DNA of 64,000 bases. Source: Rubripirellula sp. (lineage in GTDB: Bacteria > Planctomycetota > Planctomycetia > Pirellulales > Pirellulaceae). The notes under the pieces are model-generated. The model had not been told where the DNA came from, did not search any database, and saw only the letters and a list, made by a program, of their open reading frames with translations. A program made the position numbers and the translations under genes. The stretch's first letter is position 1. Each line of letters starts with the position of its first letter. This document shows, one piece after another, positions 20,539 through 33,678 of this stretch. Where the stretch lies: positions 5,088,001 to 5,152,000 of the forward strand of contig OZ244207.1 of the NCBI GenBank assembly GCA_965216875.1. Reading direction: 5' to 3'.

Positions 20539-22350
20539 TCAGGCACCTTCGAGCTCTTCCCAGCGGACATAGGCCTGATCGAGTTCCGACTGCAACTCTT
20601 CGAGTTCCGCCGTTTTGGCCGCAATCTCTTCGCCGCCACTTTGATAAAAGCTGGGATCCGCCATCACTTCATGCAGCTGCCCGATCTTGGTTTCAAGCCC
20701 CTCGATCTGGTCTGGCAATTGATCGAGCTCACGCTGGTCTTTGTACGAAAGCTTCTTGGGCTGAGACGCGTCGCGACTTTGGCTCGAATCCGACTTTGCC
20801 GGTTTGCCTTTGGCAGCCGGCTTGGCTGGTTTGCTCTCCGACTCGGCTCGCCGCTCGACCGCCGCGCGCCAGTCGTCATACCCACCAACGTACTCCCGAA
20901 CGCCGTCACCTTCGAAAACGATCGTGCTGGTTACCACGTTGTTCAAAAACGTTCGATCGTGGCTGACCATCAACAGCGTTCCTGAAAACTCGACCAGTTG
21001 CTCTTCAAGCAACTCAAGCGTTTCGCTGTCGAGGTCGTTGGTCGGTTCGTCCAAGATGATCACGTTGGCCGGCTTGGTCATCAAACGCGCAAGGAGCGCG
21101 CGATTACGTTCCCCACCCGAAAGGAATCGCACCTCGGTACGCGCGCGTTCGGGAGTGAAGAGAAAATCCTGCAAGTAACCGACAATGTGCTTGGTCTTGT
21201 CGCCGATCTTGATGCGATCGGTTCCGTCGCCCACGTTCTCTTCAACGGTCTTGTTCGGATCAAGCGTGTCGCGAAGCTGATCAAAATAGGCGATCTCTAG
21301 GTTGGTCCCCAGTTTGACTTTGCCGCTGTTGGGTTCCAATTGCCCAAGCAACAACTTCAGCAACGTCGACTTGCCTGCGCCATTGGGCCCGATGATGCCA
21401 ACCTTGTCACCGCGCATCAGCGTCGTCGAGAAATCTTGCACGATCGGTGTCTCGCCGTAGGCGAACGTCACCTCCTCGACGCGTGCGACAAGTGCACCGC
21501 TGCGTTGGGCATCCTGCAGGTTGAGTTTTGCCGTTCCCTCGCCCTTGCGTCGCTCACGACGCTCGACACGCATCGCTTTGAGTGCTCGAACACGCCCTTC
21601 GTTTCGCGTTCGCCGCGCTTTGATGCCTTGCCGGATCCAAGCCTCTTCCTCGGCAAGCTTTTTATCAAACAATGCGTTCTGTTTTTCTTCCGCTTCGATC
21701 GCCTGTGCTTTGCGAGTCAAGAAGGTGTTGTAGTCGCATGACCAATCAAAAATGCGTCCTCGATCGATTTCCCAGATTCGCGTCGCAATGTTTTGAAGGA
21801 ACGTCCGATCGTGCGTGACGAAGATCAACGTCTGCTTCCAACCCTTCAGGAAGTTTTCCAACCACAGGATCGCTTCGATATCCAAATGGTTGGTCGGTTC
21901 GTCGAGCAACAACACCTCTGGATTGCTCGCGATCGAACGGGCCAACAGCACCCGGCGTTTCATGCCACTGGAAAGCGTCTCGAATCCAACGTCGGGATCG
22001 AGTTCCATGCGTGACAACGTCGAATCCACACCATGCTCGATCTGCCATGCCTGCTCGGGGTCATCGGTGGATGACTGACCATCAAGCACGACGGACTTGA
22101 TTGAACCGGTGATGTCGCTGGGAACCTCTTGAGTCAACCTCGAGATATTTACGCCAGGCGAAACGACGATGTTGCCGTGGTCCGGAACGACTTTTCCATC
22201 AAGCATCCTTAACAGCGTGGTTTTGCCAGCGCCGTTGCGGCCGAGCAAGCCAATCTTTTGGCCCGCATCGATCTTGGCCGAAACGTTGTCCAATAATGCT
22301 GGACCGCGAAAGCCAATACTCAGTTCTTCAATTGATATCTGCGGCATCAT
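20539..22350 (-). CDS. uup: ABC-F family ATPase, Uup-like
   Basis: Two ABC domains (GRNGAGKTT, GPNGAGKST), WIRQGIKARRTRNEGRVRALK linker, KKLSYKDQREL C-terminal coiled coil. Confidence 0.92.
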   Translation of the reverse strand: MMPQISIEELSIGFRGPALLDNVSAKIDAGQKIGLLGRNGAGKTTLLRMLDGKVVPDHGNIVVSPGVNISRLTQEVPSDITGSIKSVVLDGQSSTDDPEQAWQIEHGVDSTLSRMELDPDVGFETLSSGMKRRVLLARSIASNPEVLLLDEPTNHLDIEAILWLENFLKGWKQTLIFVTHDRTFLQNIATRIWEIDRGRIFDWSCDYNTFLTRKAQAIEAEEKQNALFDKKLAEEEAWIRQGIKARRTRNEGRVRALKAMRVERRERRKGEGTAKLNLQDAQRSGALVARVEEVTFAYGETPIVQDFSTTLMRGDKVGIIGPNGAGKSTLLKLLLGQLEPNSGKVKLGTNLEIAYFDQLRDTLDPNKTVEENVGDGTDRIKIGDKTKHIVGYLQDFLFTPERARTEVRFLSGGERNRALLARLMTKPANVIILDEPTNDLDSETLELLEEQLVEFSGTLLMVSHDRTFLNNVVTSTIVFEGDGVREYVGGYDDWRAAVERRAESESKPAKPAAKGKPAKSDSSQSRDASQPKKLSYKDQRELDQLPDQIEGLETKIGQLHEVMADPSFYQSGGEEIAAKTAELEELQSELDQAYVRWEELEGA

Positions 22351-22354
22351 GCAC

Positions 22355-23359
22355 TCACGAAGGCTGTAGCGCCTCGGACTTTTCGTTTGATTCGCGGAAC
22401 AGTTTCGCGATCACATCTTCAAGCGGCAGATCCTCGACCGCGATGTCCTCGATAGGGTAGTCTCGCAAGATATCGGCAAGCGCTCGGGGGACTTCGCTTC
22501 TTGCGATCCGGATCCGAGCTTTTGGCCAGTTCTCTTCGAGCACTTCGCCGAACGACGACAGGTTCTCGGGATGATGCCCATCAGCAAACTGAAGCGTCAC
22601 GATCTTGTAACCCGAGAACTGATCAATGATGCCCGAGAGCGACCCATCGTATTCGATACGACCACCCGCAATGATCACAACGCGTTTGCAAAGCGCCGCG
22701 ACATCCTTCATGTAGTGACTTGTCAACAGAATCGTGATCTTGCGTTTCTCTTGGTAGTAACGCAGAAACTGTTGAATGTTGTGCTGGGCGATCACATCGA
22801 GACCGATCGTCGGCTCATCCAGAAAGAGGACTTCCGGACTGTGCAGGAGTGCCGCGATCAACTCCATCTTCATCCGCTCGCCGAGCGATAGCTCACGTAC
22901 CGGTTGCGACAGGAGTTTGCCGACGTCCAGCAAATCGGTCAGCTCAGCAAGTGTCGAATCAAACGACTCACTCGGGATACCGTAGATCTGCTGGTGCAGT
23001 CGGTACGATTCCTGTGCGGGCAGATCCCACCAGAGCTGGTTCTTTTGTCCCATCACCAACGCGAACCGTCGCCGGTATTCGTTCTTGCGTTGCCAGGGAA
23101 CGTAACCCATCACGGTGGCGCTGCCGCCGGTCGGGTTGATCACACCGCTAAGCAGTTTCAGCGTCGTCGTCTTCCCAGCTCCGTTGGGGCCCAGGAATGC
23201 GACGAACTCGCCTTGCTGGACGTCCAAGTCGATCCCGCGAACTGCGTCAACTTCGGAATACTCGCGGTGAAAGAGCCCGCGGATGCTGTCGCCCAACCCC
23301 TCGCGTTTTTTGTAAACGCGATAGGACTTGGTCAGATTGCGGACTTCGATAATGGACAT
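22355..23359 (-). CDS. ABC-2 type exporter ATP-binding protein
   Basis: GPNGAGKTT, GQKNQLWWDLP, LSLGERMK, LDEPTIGLD, TSH; ATG at 23359 (the upstream extension is REP-derived). Confidence 0.9.
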   Translation of the reverse strand: MSIIEVRNLTKSYRVYKKREGLGDSIRGLFHREYSEVDAVRGIDLDVQQGEFVAFLGPNGAGKTTTLKLLSGVINPTGGSATVMGYVPWQRKNEYRRRFALVMGQKNQLWWDLPAQESYRLHQQIYGIPSESFDSTLAELTDLLDVGKLLSQPVRELSLGERMKMELIAALLHSPEVLFLDEPTIGLDVIAQHNIQQFLRYYQEKRKITILLTSHYMKDVAALCKRVVIIAGGRIEYDGSLSGIIDQFSGYKIVTLQFADGHHPENLSSFGEVLEENWPKARIRIARSEVPRALADILRDYPIEDIAVEDLPLEDVIAKLFRESNEKSEALQPS

Positions 23360-23390
23360 AGACCTGCCAGTGAGGTTTGGCGTCGATAAT

Positions 23391-23526
23391 TCTTCGTACG
23401 GTGTGTGCTCGCACGCACCAAAATCTTCGTACGGTGTTTGCTCGCACACACCGATTCTTCGTGGGCTGTGCGCTGGCACGCACCAAGATCATGGGTTGGA
23501 TTGGGGCGTTCAAGCACACACCCTAC
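23391..23526. repeat. Tandem GTAG-type REP array, family E (three 32-33 bp units plus one inverted unit)
   Basis: TCTTCGTACGGTGTGTGCTCGCACGCACC-like units at 23391, 23424 and 23456; inverted ...GCACACACCCTAC ending at 23526; same family at 60850-60913. Confidence 0.75.
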
Positions 23527-23618
23527 ATCCTGGGACGCGTTGCCTCGTCCACTCCATCGCTGTGCGGTATTGTAAGTCTCCTCGAAAATCGTGTTAGGCG
23601 TCTTTGCACAGGTGTGAC

Positions 23619-24113
23619 GTGAACAACAATTTGCCCCCTTTTCGTGTTGGATTGGGCTACGACTCGCATCGCCTCGGCAACGGCGGCCCGCTGCGAGTGG
23701 GTGGAATCGACATCGATGGCGAAGTCCATGCGATCGGGCACAGCGACGCCGATGTGCTGCTTCACGCGATCACCGACGCGCTCTTGGGCTCGGTCGCCGA
23801 ACCCGATATTGGCCGATTGTTTCCAGATAATGCGGCGGAAAACCGCGACCGAGACAGCCGCGATTTTTTGGCCGAGGCGATTCGCCGCGTGCGTCACCAC
23901 GGGATGGATATCGTCAATCTCGACTGCGTGGTCCTTGCCGAACGCCCCAAGATGGCCCCCCACATCGACGCCATGCGGGCGACCATTGCTGATCTGCTCG
24001 ATTTGACCATCGACCGCGTCAACGTGAAGGCAAAAACGGGCGAAGGGATCGGGACGATCGGAACCGGCGCCGCGATCGCATCGCGGGTCGTCGTCCTGGT
24101 TGCGCAAATCTGA
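23619..24113 (+). CDS. ispF: 2-C-methyl-D-erythritol 2,4-cyclodiphosphate synthase
   Basis: RVGLGYDSHRL, GHSDADVLLHAITDALLG, DIGRLFP, VNVKAKTGEG; GTG start inferred. Confidence 0.95.
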   Translation: MNNNLPPFRVGLGYDSHRLGNGGPLRVGGIDIDGEVHAIGHSDADVLLHAITDALLGSVAEPDIGRLFPDNAAENRDRDSRDFLAEAIRRVRHHGMDIVNLDCVVLAERPKMAPHIDAMRATIADLLDLTIDRVNVKAKTGEGIGTIGTGAAIASRVVVLVAQI

Positions 24114-24224
24114 AACGTGCTGATTCCCGCGTTCTGGACCGCACAAAACCGGTCTCTTACAGATCAGCCTGTCCCCCTATAATCTCCGAATTGACAAAAA
24201 CACCATCGCCACGGATGTCACACG

Positions 24225-25856
24225 ATGAGTACTGCCGCAGCCCCCGAAAGCGCCGCAACCTCGGCTTCGACCATGCCTGAAATCCGCGTCTACAACACGC
24301 TCAGCAAGACCAAGGAAAAGTTCCAACCCCTGCACCCCCCGAAGGTTGGCATCTATTTGTGCGGCCCCACCGTCTATGCCGAAAGCCACATTGGCCACAT
24401 GGTCGGCCCGGTCATCTTTGACACGATCAAACGCCACCTGGTCTACAGCGGCTACGACGTCACTTGGGTCGTGAACATCACCGACGTCGACGACAAGTTG
24501 ATCAAAAAGAGCAACGAACGTGGTATTCCGATTGACCAAATCGCCAGCGAAATGACGGCGGACTACCTGGCCAACCTCAAAGAACTTGGGGTCAACCAGA
24601 TCAATCAATTGCCGCGTGCAACCGACCACATGGCCCAGATCATCGCGTTCATCCAATCATTGGAAGAGAAAGGCCACGCTTACGCGGTCGATGGCGACGT
24701 CTTCTTTGACGTCACCAAAGACCCGAACTACGGACAACTTTCCAACCGCAGTGTTGATGCCCAACAAGGCGAAGGTGGCGAAGCTGCTGCGAAGAAACGC
24801 TCTCCTGGCGACTTTGCCCTTTGGAAATCGGCCAAAGAGGACGAGATTGCATGGGACAGCCCGTGGGGCAGAGGTCGGCCCGGCTGGCATATCGAGTGCT
24901 CGGCGATGAGCCACGAGATTCTGGGCGACACATTCGACATCCATGGTGGCGGTTTGGATTTGCTGTTCCCGCACCACGAAAACGAACGCGCCCAAAGCAG
25001 CTGCTGCCACAATGCACCGATGGTCAAGTATTGGATGCACAACGGCTTGATGCGAGCCGGCGAAAAAGGCAAAGTCGGTGGCAAGAGCGACCGCGAAGAT
25101 TCGGCCAAGATCAGCAAGAGCGAACAGGAGTCCGTTGAAGAAGCGGCCGCCGGAAAAATCAGCCGCAGCAAAGGCGGCGGTGGTCTTGCCGAACTGATTC
25201 GTCGACACACCGGCGAACGTATCCGCTTCTTCCTGCTACGGTCTCACTATCGTTCGACGATCGTCTACGGCGAAGAGGGTTTGCTTGAAGCAGGCACGTC
25301 CCTTGAAGGTTTTTATCGCTTCTTTGACCGCTTCGATGAAATCACTCAAGGTACCGCGTCGTTTTATGAGCTGCCGCTGTCGCGTACTCGCATCGAGGGC
25401 GACTTCGAGCCAGGCGATGACCCACTGATGAACGAAGTCCACGGTCAACGCGAAAAGTTTCTTGCCGCGATGGACGACGACTTCAACACCGGCGTCGCAA
25501 CCAGCGTGCTATTCGATTCGCTGCGAATGCTCAATCGTCACATCGACCAAAACGACCTGTCAAAGAACTCGGACCCAGCCGGCGAAGCAACGCAAAAGTT
25601 GATCAAGGCTACGACCGTGATTCGCGAATTGGCCGGCCTTTTGGGGCTGTTTGCCAAACCCGTCCAGTCGGCTGGCGGCGACGAAGGCGATGAACAATTG
25701 CTCGACGACGTCGTGAAGTTGCTGATCGACCTTCGCAAAGAAGCTCGCGAGCGCAAAGACTACGCCACGGGCGACGCGATCCGTGATCGCCTTGGCGAAC
25801 TCGGCGTCGCTCTGCTGGATAAGAAAGAAGGCACCTCCTGGGAACGCTCCTCTTGA
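24225..25856 (+). CDS. cysS: Cysteine--tRNA ligase
   Basis: [60 protein letters not shown]. Confidence 0.96.
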   Translation: MSTAAAPESAATSASTMPEIRVYNTLSKTKEKFQPLHPPKVGIYLCGPTVYAESHIGHMVGPVIFDTIKRHLVYSGYDVTWVVNITDVDDKLIKKSNERGIPIDQIASEMTADYLANLKELGVNQINQLPRATDHMAQIIAFIQSLEEKGHAYAVDGDVFFDVTKDPNYGQLSNRSVDAQQGEGGEAAAKKRSPGDFALWKSAKEDEIAWDSPWGRGRPGWHIECSAMSHEILGDTFDIHGGGLDLLFPHHENERAQSSCCHNAPMVKYWMHNGLMRAGEKGKVGGKSDREDSAKISKSEQESVEEAAAGKISRSKGGGGLAELIRRHTGERIRFFLLRSHYRSTIVYGEEGLLEAGTSLEGFYRFFDRFDEITQGTASFYELPLSRTRIEGDFEPGDDPLMNEVHGQREKFLAAMDDDFNTGVATSVLFDSLRMLNRHIDQNDLSKNSDPAGEATQKLIKATTVIRELAGLLGLFAKPVQSAGGDEGDEQLLDDVVKLLIDLRKEARERKDYATGDAIRDRLGELGVALLDKKEGTSWERSS

Positions 25857-26362
25857 TCCCAACAACCGTCCTGGGAATCGATCCAGGATTAAATGTGACT
25901 GGCTACGGGGTCGTCAAAAACAGCGGCGGCAAGATGTCGATCTGCGAAGCCGGGGTGATCCGTAGCCGCGCAAAGGCCACGATCGAACAACGTGTTCGTG
26001 AGATTCACGAAGGCGTGAGCGAAGTGATCCAAGAACACAGCCCCGAGCTGCTTGCGTTGGAACAACTCTTTTCGCATTACGATCGTCCGCGAACGGCAAT
26101 CTTGATGGGACATGCTCGTGGCGTGATCTGTCTCGCAGCCGGTCAGGCTGACATCCCCGTCAGTCACTTTGAACCCACACGCGTCAAGAAATCTTTGACC
26201 GGCAACGGTCGCGCCCCAAAACAACAGATTCAGCAAGCCGTCAAAATCCAGCTCGGTCTATCAAGTCTTCCCGAACCGGCCGACGTCGCCGATGCTTTGG
26301 CGATCGCCATTTGTGGCCACCACTTCGCCGTCGAACAAGACCAGCAACCGCTGACGAAGTGA
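25853..26362 (+). CDS. ruvC: Holliday junction resolvase RuvC
   Basis: LGIDPG..TGYG, LGHARG-like [26 protein letters not shown]. Confidence 0.93.
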   Translation: MIPTTVLGIDPGLNVTGYGVVKNSGGKMSICEAGVIRSRAKATIEQRVREIHEGVSEVIQEHSPELLALEQLFSHYDRPRTAILMGHARGVICLAAGQADIPVSHFEPTRVKKSLTGNGRAPKQQIQQAVKIQLGLSSLPEPADVADALAIAICGHHFAVEQDQQPLTK

Positions 26363-26435
26363 TCAACAACCTGGCGCTGACGACCTTTTGGGCGAAGGTC
26401 TCGACGAAGCAAAACCAACTGAAAGGATTCACCTC

Positions 26436-27065
26436 ATGATCGTCACCATCTCTGGAAAATTGGTTCACGCAGGCGAGGCCGCGGTGACAATCGAATCGTC
26501 ACCCTTTGAATACGAAGTCCTTGTCGGCGATTTCACGCGGCGACAACTTCAGAGCAAGATCGGCGAGCAAGTTCGTTTGCACACTCTCGACTACATCGAA
26601 GGGAATGCTCAAGGCGGCGGGCGACTGACACCCAGACTCGTCGGGTTTCTGACCGACCCGGAACGACAGTTTTTCGATCTCTTTTGCAGCGTGGATGGCG
26701 TCGGAGTCAAGAAAGCGCTGCGAGCAATGGTGCGCCCAGTCAACGAGATGGCGGTGCTGATCGAGGAACAGGACTCGAAAGCGCTCTCAGCGCTTCCGGG
26801 AATTGGTCCGGCGACCAGCGAACGGATCATCGCCAAACTGCGGCGCAAAATGCCTCGCTTTGCACTCATGGTCCAACGCGAAGGAATCGCTGAATCGGCC
26901 GGTCCTGCTGCCTCCGAGGTCGCCACGGAAACCTTTGACGCCTTGCTCGCCTTGGGCCACAGCGAATCGGACGCGAGAAAACTGGTCGACGAAGCGGTCG
27001 CCACGGGCAAAAAGTTCAAAGATACCGAGGCGCTGCTGACCGTGATTTACCAGCGAAACCAATAG
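26436..27065 (+). CDS. ruvA: Holliday junction branch migration protein RuvA
   Basis: MI..I.GKL, L.GF....ER.FF, V.GVG.K.AL, LPGIG...SERII, AL.ALG. Confidence 0.92.
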   Translation: MIVTISGKLVHAGEAAVTIESSPFEYEVLVGDFTRRQLQSKIGEQVRLHTLDYIEGNAQGGGRLTPRLVGFLTDPERQFFDLFCSVDGVGVKKALRAMVRPVNEMAVLIEEQDSKALSALPGIGPATSERIIAKLRRKMPRFALMVQREGIAESAGPAASEVATETFDALLALGHSESDARKLVDEAVATGKKFKDTEALLTVIYQRNQ

Positions 27066-27175
27066 AGACCGCGGCCAATCCCCCCGGCAGTGCAATATTG
27101 CCTCGCAGCCTCATCCTCCCTAGCTTGCGCATCTTTGAATGATTCACTGATGCTTCGCAATCGTGGGAGAATGCC

Positions 27176-27652
27176 GTGAACCGACTCATGGTGGCCTTGG
27201 GATTTGGAACCTTCTTGCTCGTTTTTCCTTGCTCAGAACTACGAGCCGAACCGCCCGAAGTGGCGATGCGTGCAGCCGACGGAACGCTGGTCCGCTCGTC
27301 GGTTTCGGGCCCAAACGTTCAGTGGCACGAAGATCTCAAGACTGGCTGGGCCGAATCGCGTCGCCGCAATGTCCCGATGGTCATCTTCATCACAAGCGAC
27401 CATTGCCACTACTGTGACGCGATGAAACGCGATACTTGGTGCAACGAATCGGTTCGCAGTCGGTTGTCCAACGACTTTGTCGCCATCCGGCTCGACCCCA
27501 CTCGCAACGCCGCGACACTTGGTCGCATCAAGATCAAGATGTACCCCACGACGCTCATCGGACATCCGAAAGGAAAGGTCACCGATCATCGGTTGGGGTA
27601 CCAATCTGCAAGCGCCATCCACGGACTCTTGAGTCAGGCGAAGGTGGACTGA
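27176..27652 (+). CDS. Exported thioredoxin-fold protein
   Basis: Signal peptide, CHYC motif, FVAIRLD, YPTT cis-Pro loop. Confidence 0.8.
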   Translation: MNRLMVALGFGTFLLVFPCSELRAEPPEVAMRAADGTLVRSSVSGPNVQWHEDLKTGWAESRRRNVPMVIFITSDHCHYCDAMKRDTWCNESVRSRLSNDFVAIRLDPTRNAATLGRIKIKMYPTTLIGHPKGKVTDHRLGYQSASAIHGLLSQAKVD

Positions 27653-27879
27653 GCCGCGATCGCATTACCGGCCGGGCAGCAATTCTCCATCACCACCTTC
27701 TGGCGTAGTTCACTACGGCCGGGTAGCGCGCCGGTGCAACGGCGCATTGTGACTTTCTTGTGACATCCCTATGTCCTGAATTTGCATTTCTGGACCATAA
27801 TGCCACCATTAACGGGACAGTCCTTGCCACTGAGCAAACTTCCGTGTTCGTACTCCCGTGTCGAGAAAGGAACTCCACC

Positions 27880-30381
<2,502 letters not shown>

Positions 30382-30390
30382 AACAAGTGC

Positions 30391-31371
30391 ATGACTGGAC
30401 GCATCTCGGGGATTTTGACCCCTAACATCACGCCCGTCGATTCGTCGGGCCGTGTCGACGAAGAACGACTGCGCGGCTACGTCGATTGGCTCATCGAACG
30501 TGGTGTCGATGGCCTTTACCCCAACGGCAGCACGGGTGAATTCGTTCGCTTCACTGCCCAGGAACGTCGCCGCATCGTCCAGGTCGTCGTCGAACAGACG
30601 GCCGGGCGTGTTCCGATCCTTGCCGGCGCTGCGGAAGCGAACGTCAAAGAAACGATCGAGGCATGTGAAGCCTACGGCGCGATGGGGGTTCGCGCGGTCG
30701 CCATCGTCGCACCGTTCTACTACCGCTTGAGCGCCGATGGCGTTTACGCGTACTTTCGCGAAATCGCCGACCACGTCTCGGTCGATGTCACGCTTTACAA
30801 CATCCCTCTGTTTGCCTCGCCGATCGACGTCGACACCGTCGTTCGCTTGGCATCGGAATGCCCGCGCGTGATCGGTATCAAGGATTCGTCAGGCGACCTA
30901 CCCAACATGCTTCGGATGATCGCTGCCATCCGCCCGATCCGCGAGGAGTTTACGTTCCTGACCGGCTGGGACGCGGCACTCGCGCCGATGTTGATCGCCG
31001 GTGCCGACGGCGGAACCAATGCAACCAGTGGGGTGGTGCCTGAGTTGACCCGAGCGATTCATCGCGCCGTGGTCGCGGGCAACACCGCCGAAGCGATGCG
31101 TCTTCAGTTTCAATTGTTGCCACTGTTTGATGCCATGATTTCCTTGGGTGAATTTCCCGAAGGATTCCGCGCAGGTGCTCGATCACGCGGATGGCATCTC
31201 GGTTGTGGGCGTGTCCCTCTCTCGCCGCAACAACAAGAAACGGTCGCGCGGACTCAGCGCGAAATCGATGCCTTGGTCGCCGAAGTCGCCGACCTGAACG
31301 AACCGATGGCAATGCCACCCGAGACGATCGAGAAGATCGTTCAACGGGTGATGCGGCAACTCGGAAACTAA
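30391..31371 (+). CDS. DHDPS/NanA/KDG-aldolase family (class I aldolase) protein with C-terminal helical extension
   Basis: ITP, NGSTGEF, LYNIP, GIKDSSGD Schiff-base Lys; GSTGE rather than the DapA-type GTTGE. Confidence 0.88.
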   Translation: MTGRISGILTPNITPVDSSGRVDEERLRGYVDWLIERGVDGLYPNGSTGEFVRFTAQERRRIVQVVVEQTAGRVPILAGAAEANVKETIEACEAYGAMGVRAVAIVAPFYYRLSADGVYAYFREIADHVSVDVTLYNIPLFASPIDVDTVVRLASECPRVIGIKDSSGDLPNMLRMIAAIRPIREEFTFLTGWDAALAPMLIAGADGGTNATSGVVPELTRAIHRAVVAGNTAEAMRLQFQLLPLFDAMISLGEFPEGFRAGARSRGWHLGCGRVPLSPQQQETVARTQREIDALVAEVADLNEPMAMPPETIEKIVQRVMRQLGN

Positions 31372-31443
31372 CGCCGGGTTCTTGTGAGGCCGAACGTGCT
31401 AGCGTCGTGCCTTTCACCCCTCTTTGCGCAATGCAGCGCTCAC

Positions 31444-31523
31444 CGTAGCTACGCTCGCCAGAGCGTGGGTGTGTTGGTGGCCGGTCTACCGAAGAAAACC
31501 ACCTTCTGGCGAAGGTAGCTACG
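31444..31523. repeat. GTAG-type REP doublet, family A
   Basis: CGTAGCTACGCTCGCCAGAGCGTGG ... CCACCTTCTGGCGAAGGTAGCTACG. Confidence 0.85.
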
Positions 31524-31552
31524 GGCTGTGGACGTGTGGGATGAGGTTGAGG

Positions 31553-32446
31553 CTACGGAAACAGATAACGCAAGAAATTCCGGAAGCGCTGGCCGGGAAC
31601 GTAGGCTACCGGCTGACCAACGATCCCTTGCCCAATCTGAACGGGCTTGCGGTCCTGACCAAAACTGACCAGTGATCTCAATCGACCGTCATAGGTTGGA
31701 ATCGTGGGCGGCGCCACCGTGGCTGCCGGCGCGACAACGGTCGCCCCCGCTGGCGGCAACACCACTGGTGCTGCAATCTCGTTTGGTGGCGGCACGTAAG
31801 GTTGCTGCTGAGCCGGTGCCGCGTAGGCAACGGGCGTCGCACACCCGGCCATCACGGCCGTGTAGCCGCTCGGAGGCGAAATGCAGTTGCAGTTATCGAG
31901 TGTCGCGTAGTCGTTGAGTTGTGGTTGGGCGATCGGTGCATAGTCACTCGGGCTGGCTGGCGCGACCTGAGGCTGGACGGGAGCCGGTGGCAGACCGGAT
32001 GGCAAATTCGCTGGTGCACTGGGTAATCCACGCGGGGGCAGCCCACGCGGAGCGACGATCGATTGCCCGGAATTGCTCGCTGGTGGCGAGACGGCCGGGC
32101 CGGTTGGCAGACTGGGCGCCGACGGGGGTGGAACCTGCGTTGGCGCGATTTGCGACTCGGCTCCACCGGTTGGAAACTGGAAACCGCCTTGCTGCCACAT
32201 CGCAACCTGCTGCACAGCGTCTTGCTGGGGTGCGGCTTGCGAGGCATTGGGAGCGGGCTGGAGCAGCACATTCCCGGCGGCCGGAGCTAGCTGGTGCGCT
32301 GTCTCGTGGAGCGTTGGCGTTTGCCGGAATTGATCGACGGCACTCGGAGCACCGAGGGGTCGAAACCGCGACGAGGGAACCTGTCCCACGGCGGACGAGG
32401 CCAAGGAAAACGTGCCCGCGATCAACAAAACACGTGCCAGCAACAT
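31553..32446 (-). CDS. Hypothetical secreted Pro/Ala/Gln-rich planctomycete protein
   Basis: Signal peptide, low-complexity middle, C-terminal GQGIVGQPVAYVPGQRFRNFLRYLFP. Confidence 0.7.
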   Translation of the reverse strand: MLLARVLLIAGTFSLASSAVGQVPSSRFRPLGAPSAVDQFRQTPTLHETAHQLAPAAGNVLLQPAPNASQAAPQQDAVQQVAMWQQGGFQFPTGGAESQIAPTQVPPPSAPSLPTGPAVSPPASNSGQSIVAPRGLPPRGLPSAPANLPSGLPPAPVQPQVAPASPSDYAPIAQPQLNDYATLDNCNCISPPSGYTAVMAGCATPVAYAAPAQQQPYVPPPNEIAAPVVLPPAGATVVAPAATVAPPTIPTYDGRLRSLVSFGQDRKPVQIGQGIVGQPVAYVPGQRFRNFLRYLFP

Positions 32447-32568
32447 CGATGCAACTCCAGAATCAACAAACAGGATTGTTCAATCTGGATGTACGAAGAG
32501 CAGCCGAGGCATGTCAAGCTGGGTAGGGCTCCGCCGGCTACCAGGCTGCCAAACTGCGCGTCTCGAAA

Positions 32569-32675
32569 ACACTCTCCCTTGGGAGAGTAGGCCCTAAGGC
32601 CCGGAGAGGGCTTGTCTCATCAAGAGTATTTCCCTCGCCCGACTTTGCGTCCGACCCTCCCGCAAGTGGGAGGGT
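32569..32675. repeat. Palindromic repeat family C
   Basis: Copy of 4068-4171. Confidence 0.75.
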
Positions 32676-32758
32676 AATTGCTCCCGCCTTTTCTTAGGCG
32701 GAAGAGCCAAGAGGACCGCCTGAAGACGGTACTACGAACAAGAGAGCGTTCGTCGCAA

Positions 32759-33049
32759 CTAGCGACCGAGAACGGGTGGGACGAGGAAGCTGTCATCGTC
32801 CCGAGCGGGGGCATTTTGAAGGGCCTGGTCGTTACTCAAACTCTCAACCTGCTCATCGGCTCGCCAGCGATTGTCGACGTCCAGCGCGGTCGTCATCGGC
32901 TCGACCTCTTCGGTATCGAGCTCGGAGAGCTGTTTGACAAAGCCTAGAATGCTATCAAGCTGCGGGCCCATTGTGGAAATCTCTTCGTCGGAGAGCTCCA
33001 GTCGGGCCAACAGGGCGAGGTTTCGAACGTCGTTTTCTGAAAGCGACAC
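32759..33049 (-). CDS. gatC: Asp-tRNA(Asn)/Glu-tRNA(Gln) amidotransferase subunit C
   Basis: V..LA.LARL, L..IL.FV.QL.ELDT..VEP, R.D, NAP, F.VP.V. Confidence 0.93.
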   Translation of the reverse strand: MSLSENDVRNLALLARLELSDEEISTMGPQLDSILGFVKQLSELDTEEVEPMTTALDVDNRWRADEQVESLSNDQALQNAPARDDDSFLVPPVLGR

Positions 33050-33068
33050 AGAAATCTCTCGTGGTTAG

Positions 33069-33335
33069 CTATTTGGCGCCACTGACGTCGAACGGCTTCA
33101 CTTTGACCGTTTTGCGAACGGCACCGCTGCGAATGCACTGAGTGCAGACGCGCATGGTCTTGTTTTCGCCGTTGGGCATGGTGACGTGGACGCGTTGCAG
33201 GTTCGGGACAAATTTGCGGCGCGTGATTCCAGTGATCTTGGTACCGACCCCTCCGAGGTATTTTGCCTTACCGCGGGTTTCGACTCGGTTGCCCATCTGG
33301 ACTTTTTTTCCACAGACTTCGCACTGTCGTGCCAT
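33069..33335 (-). CDS. rpmB: 50S ribosomal protein L28 (Zn-binding form)
   Basis: MARQCEVCGK, TRRKFVPNLQ, RVCTQCIRSG. Confidence 0.95.
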   Translation of the reverse strand: MARQCEVCGKKVQMGNRVETRGKAKYLGGVGTKITGITRRKFVPNLQRVHVTMPNGENKTMRVCTQCIRSGAVRKTVKVKPFDVSGAK

Positions 33336-33678
33336 CGGATTTCTCGTCTGATCAGGTGTATTTCTGCTTGGTTTTCTGTGTGGGAAGCCCGGCAATATAC
33401 AGACCACGTCGCAAATCTGGAACCGCTACTGAGCAATTTCTGCAACTTAACAATCCGGCTCGCGAAAACGGGGCCCGGACGCTTTTTCGCCCTGGTTGCT
33501 GCGGTCACTTGAAGCGAGTCCCCGACTCCCTTTTCGTTTGCTCACCCCCCTGCGGGGCAGCGGTTAAGTCAAAGTTAGGCGAATGAGCTCAAGTTGCTCG
33601 CCAGAAACGACGATGGACCGAACATTCCTCCTAATCGTCAAACTTTGACAGCCGCTACCTTCCACCAAGCGCACTGCC

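Noticed and set aside
23391..23526. 32-33 bp periodic repeats as a mini-CRISPR
   Set aside because: Units are directly adjacent without unique spacers, match a REP family also present at 60850, and there are no cas genes
30391..31371. Calling this gene dapA
   Set aside because: The GSTGE motif and the C-terminal features differ from DapA; left as a family-level call
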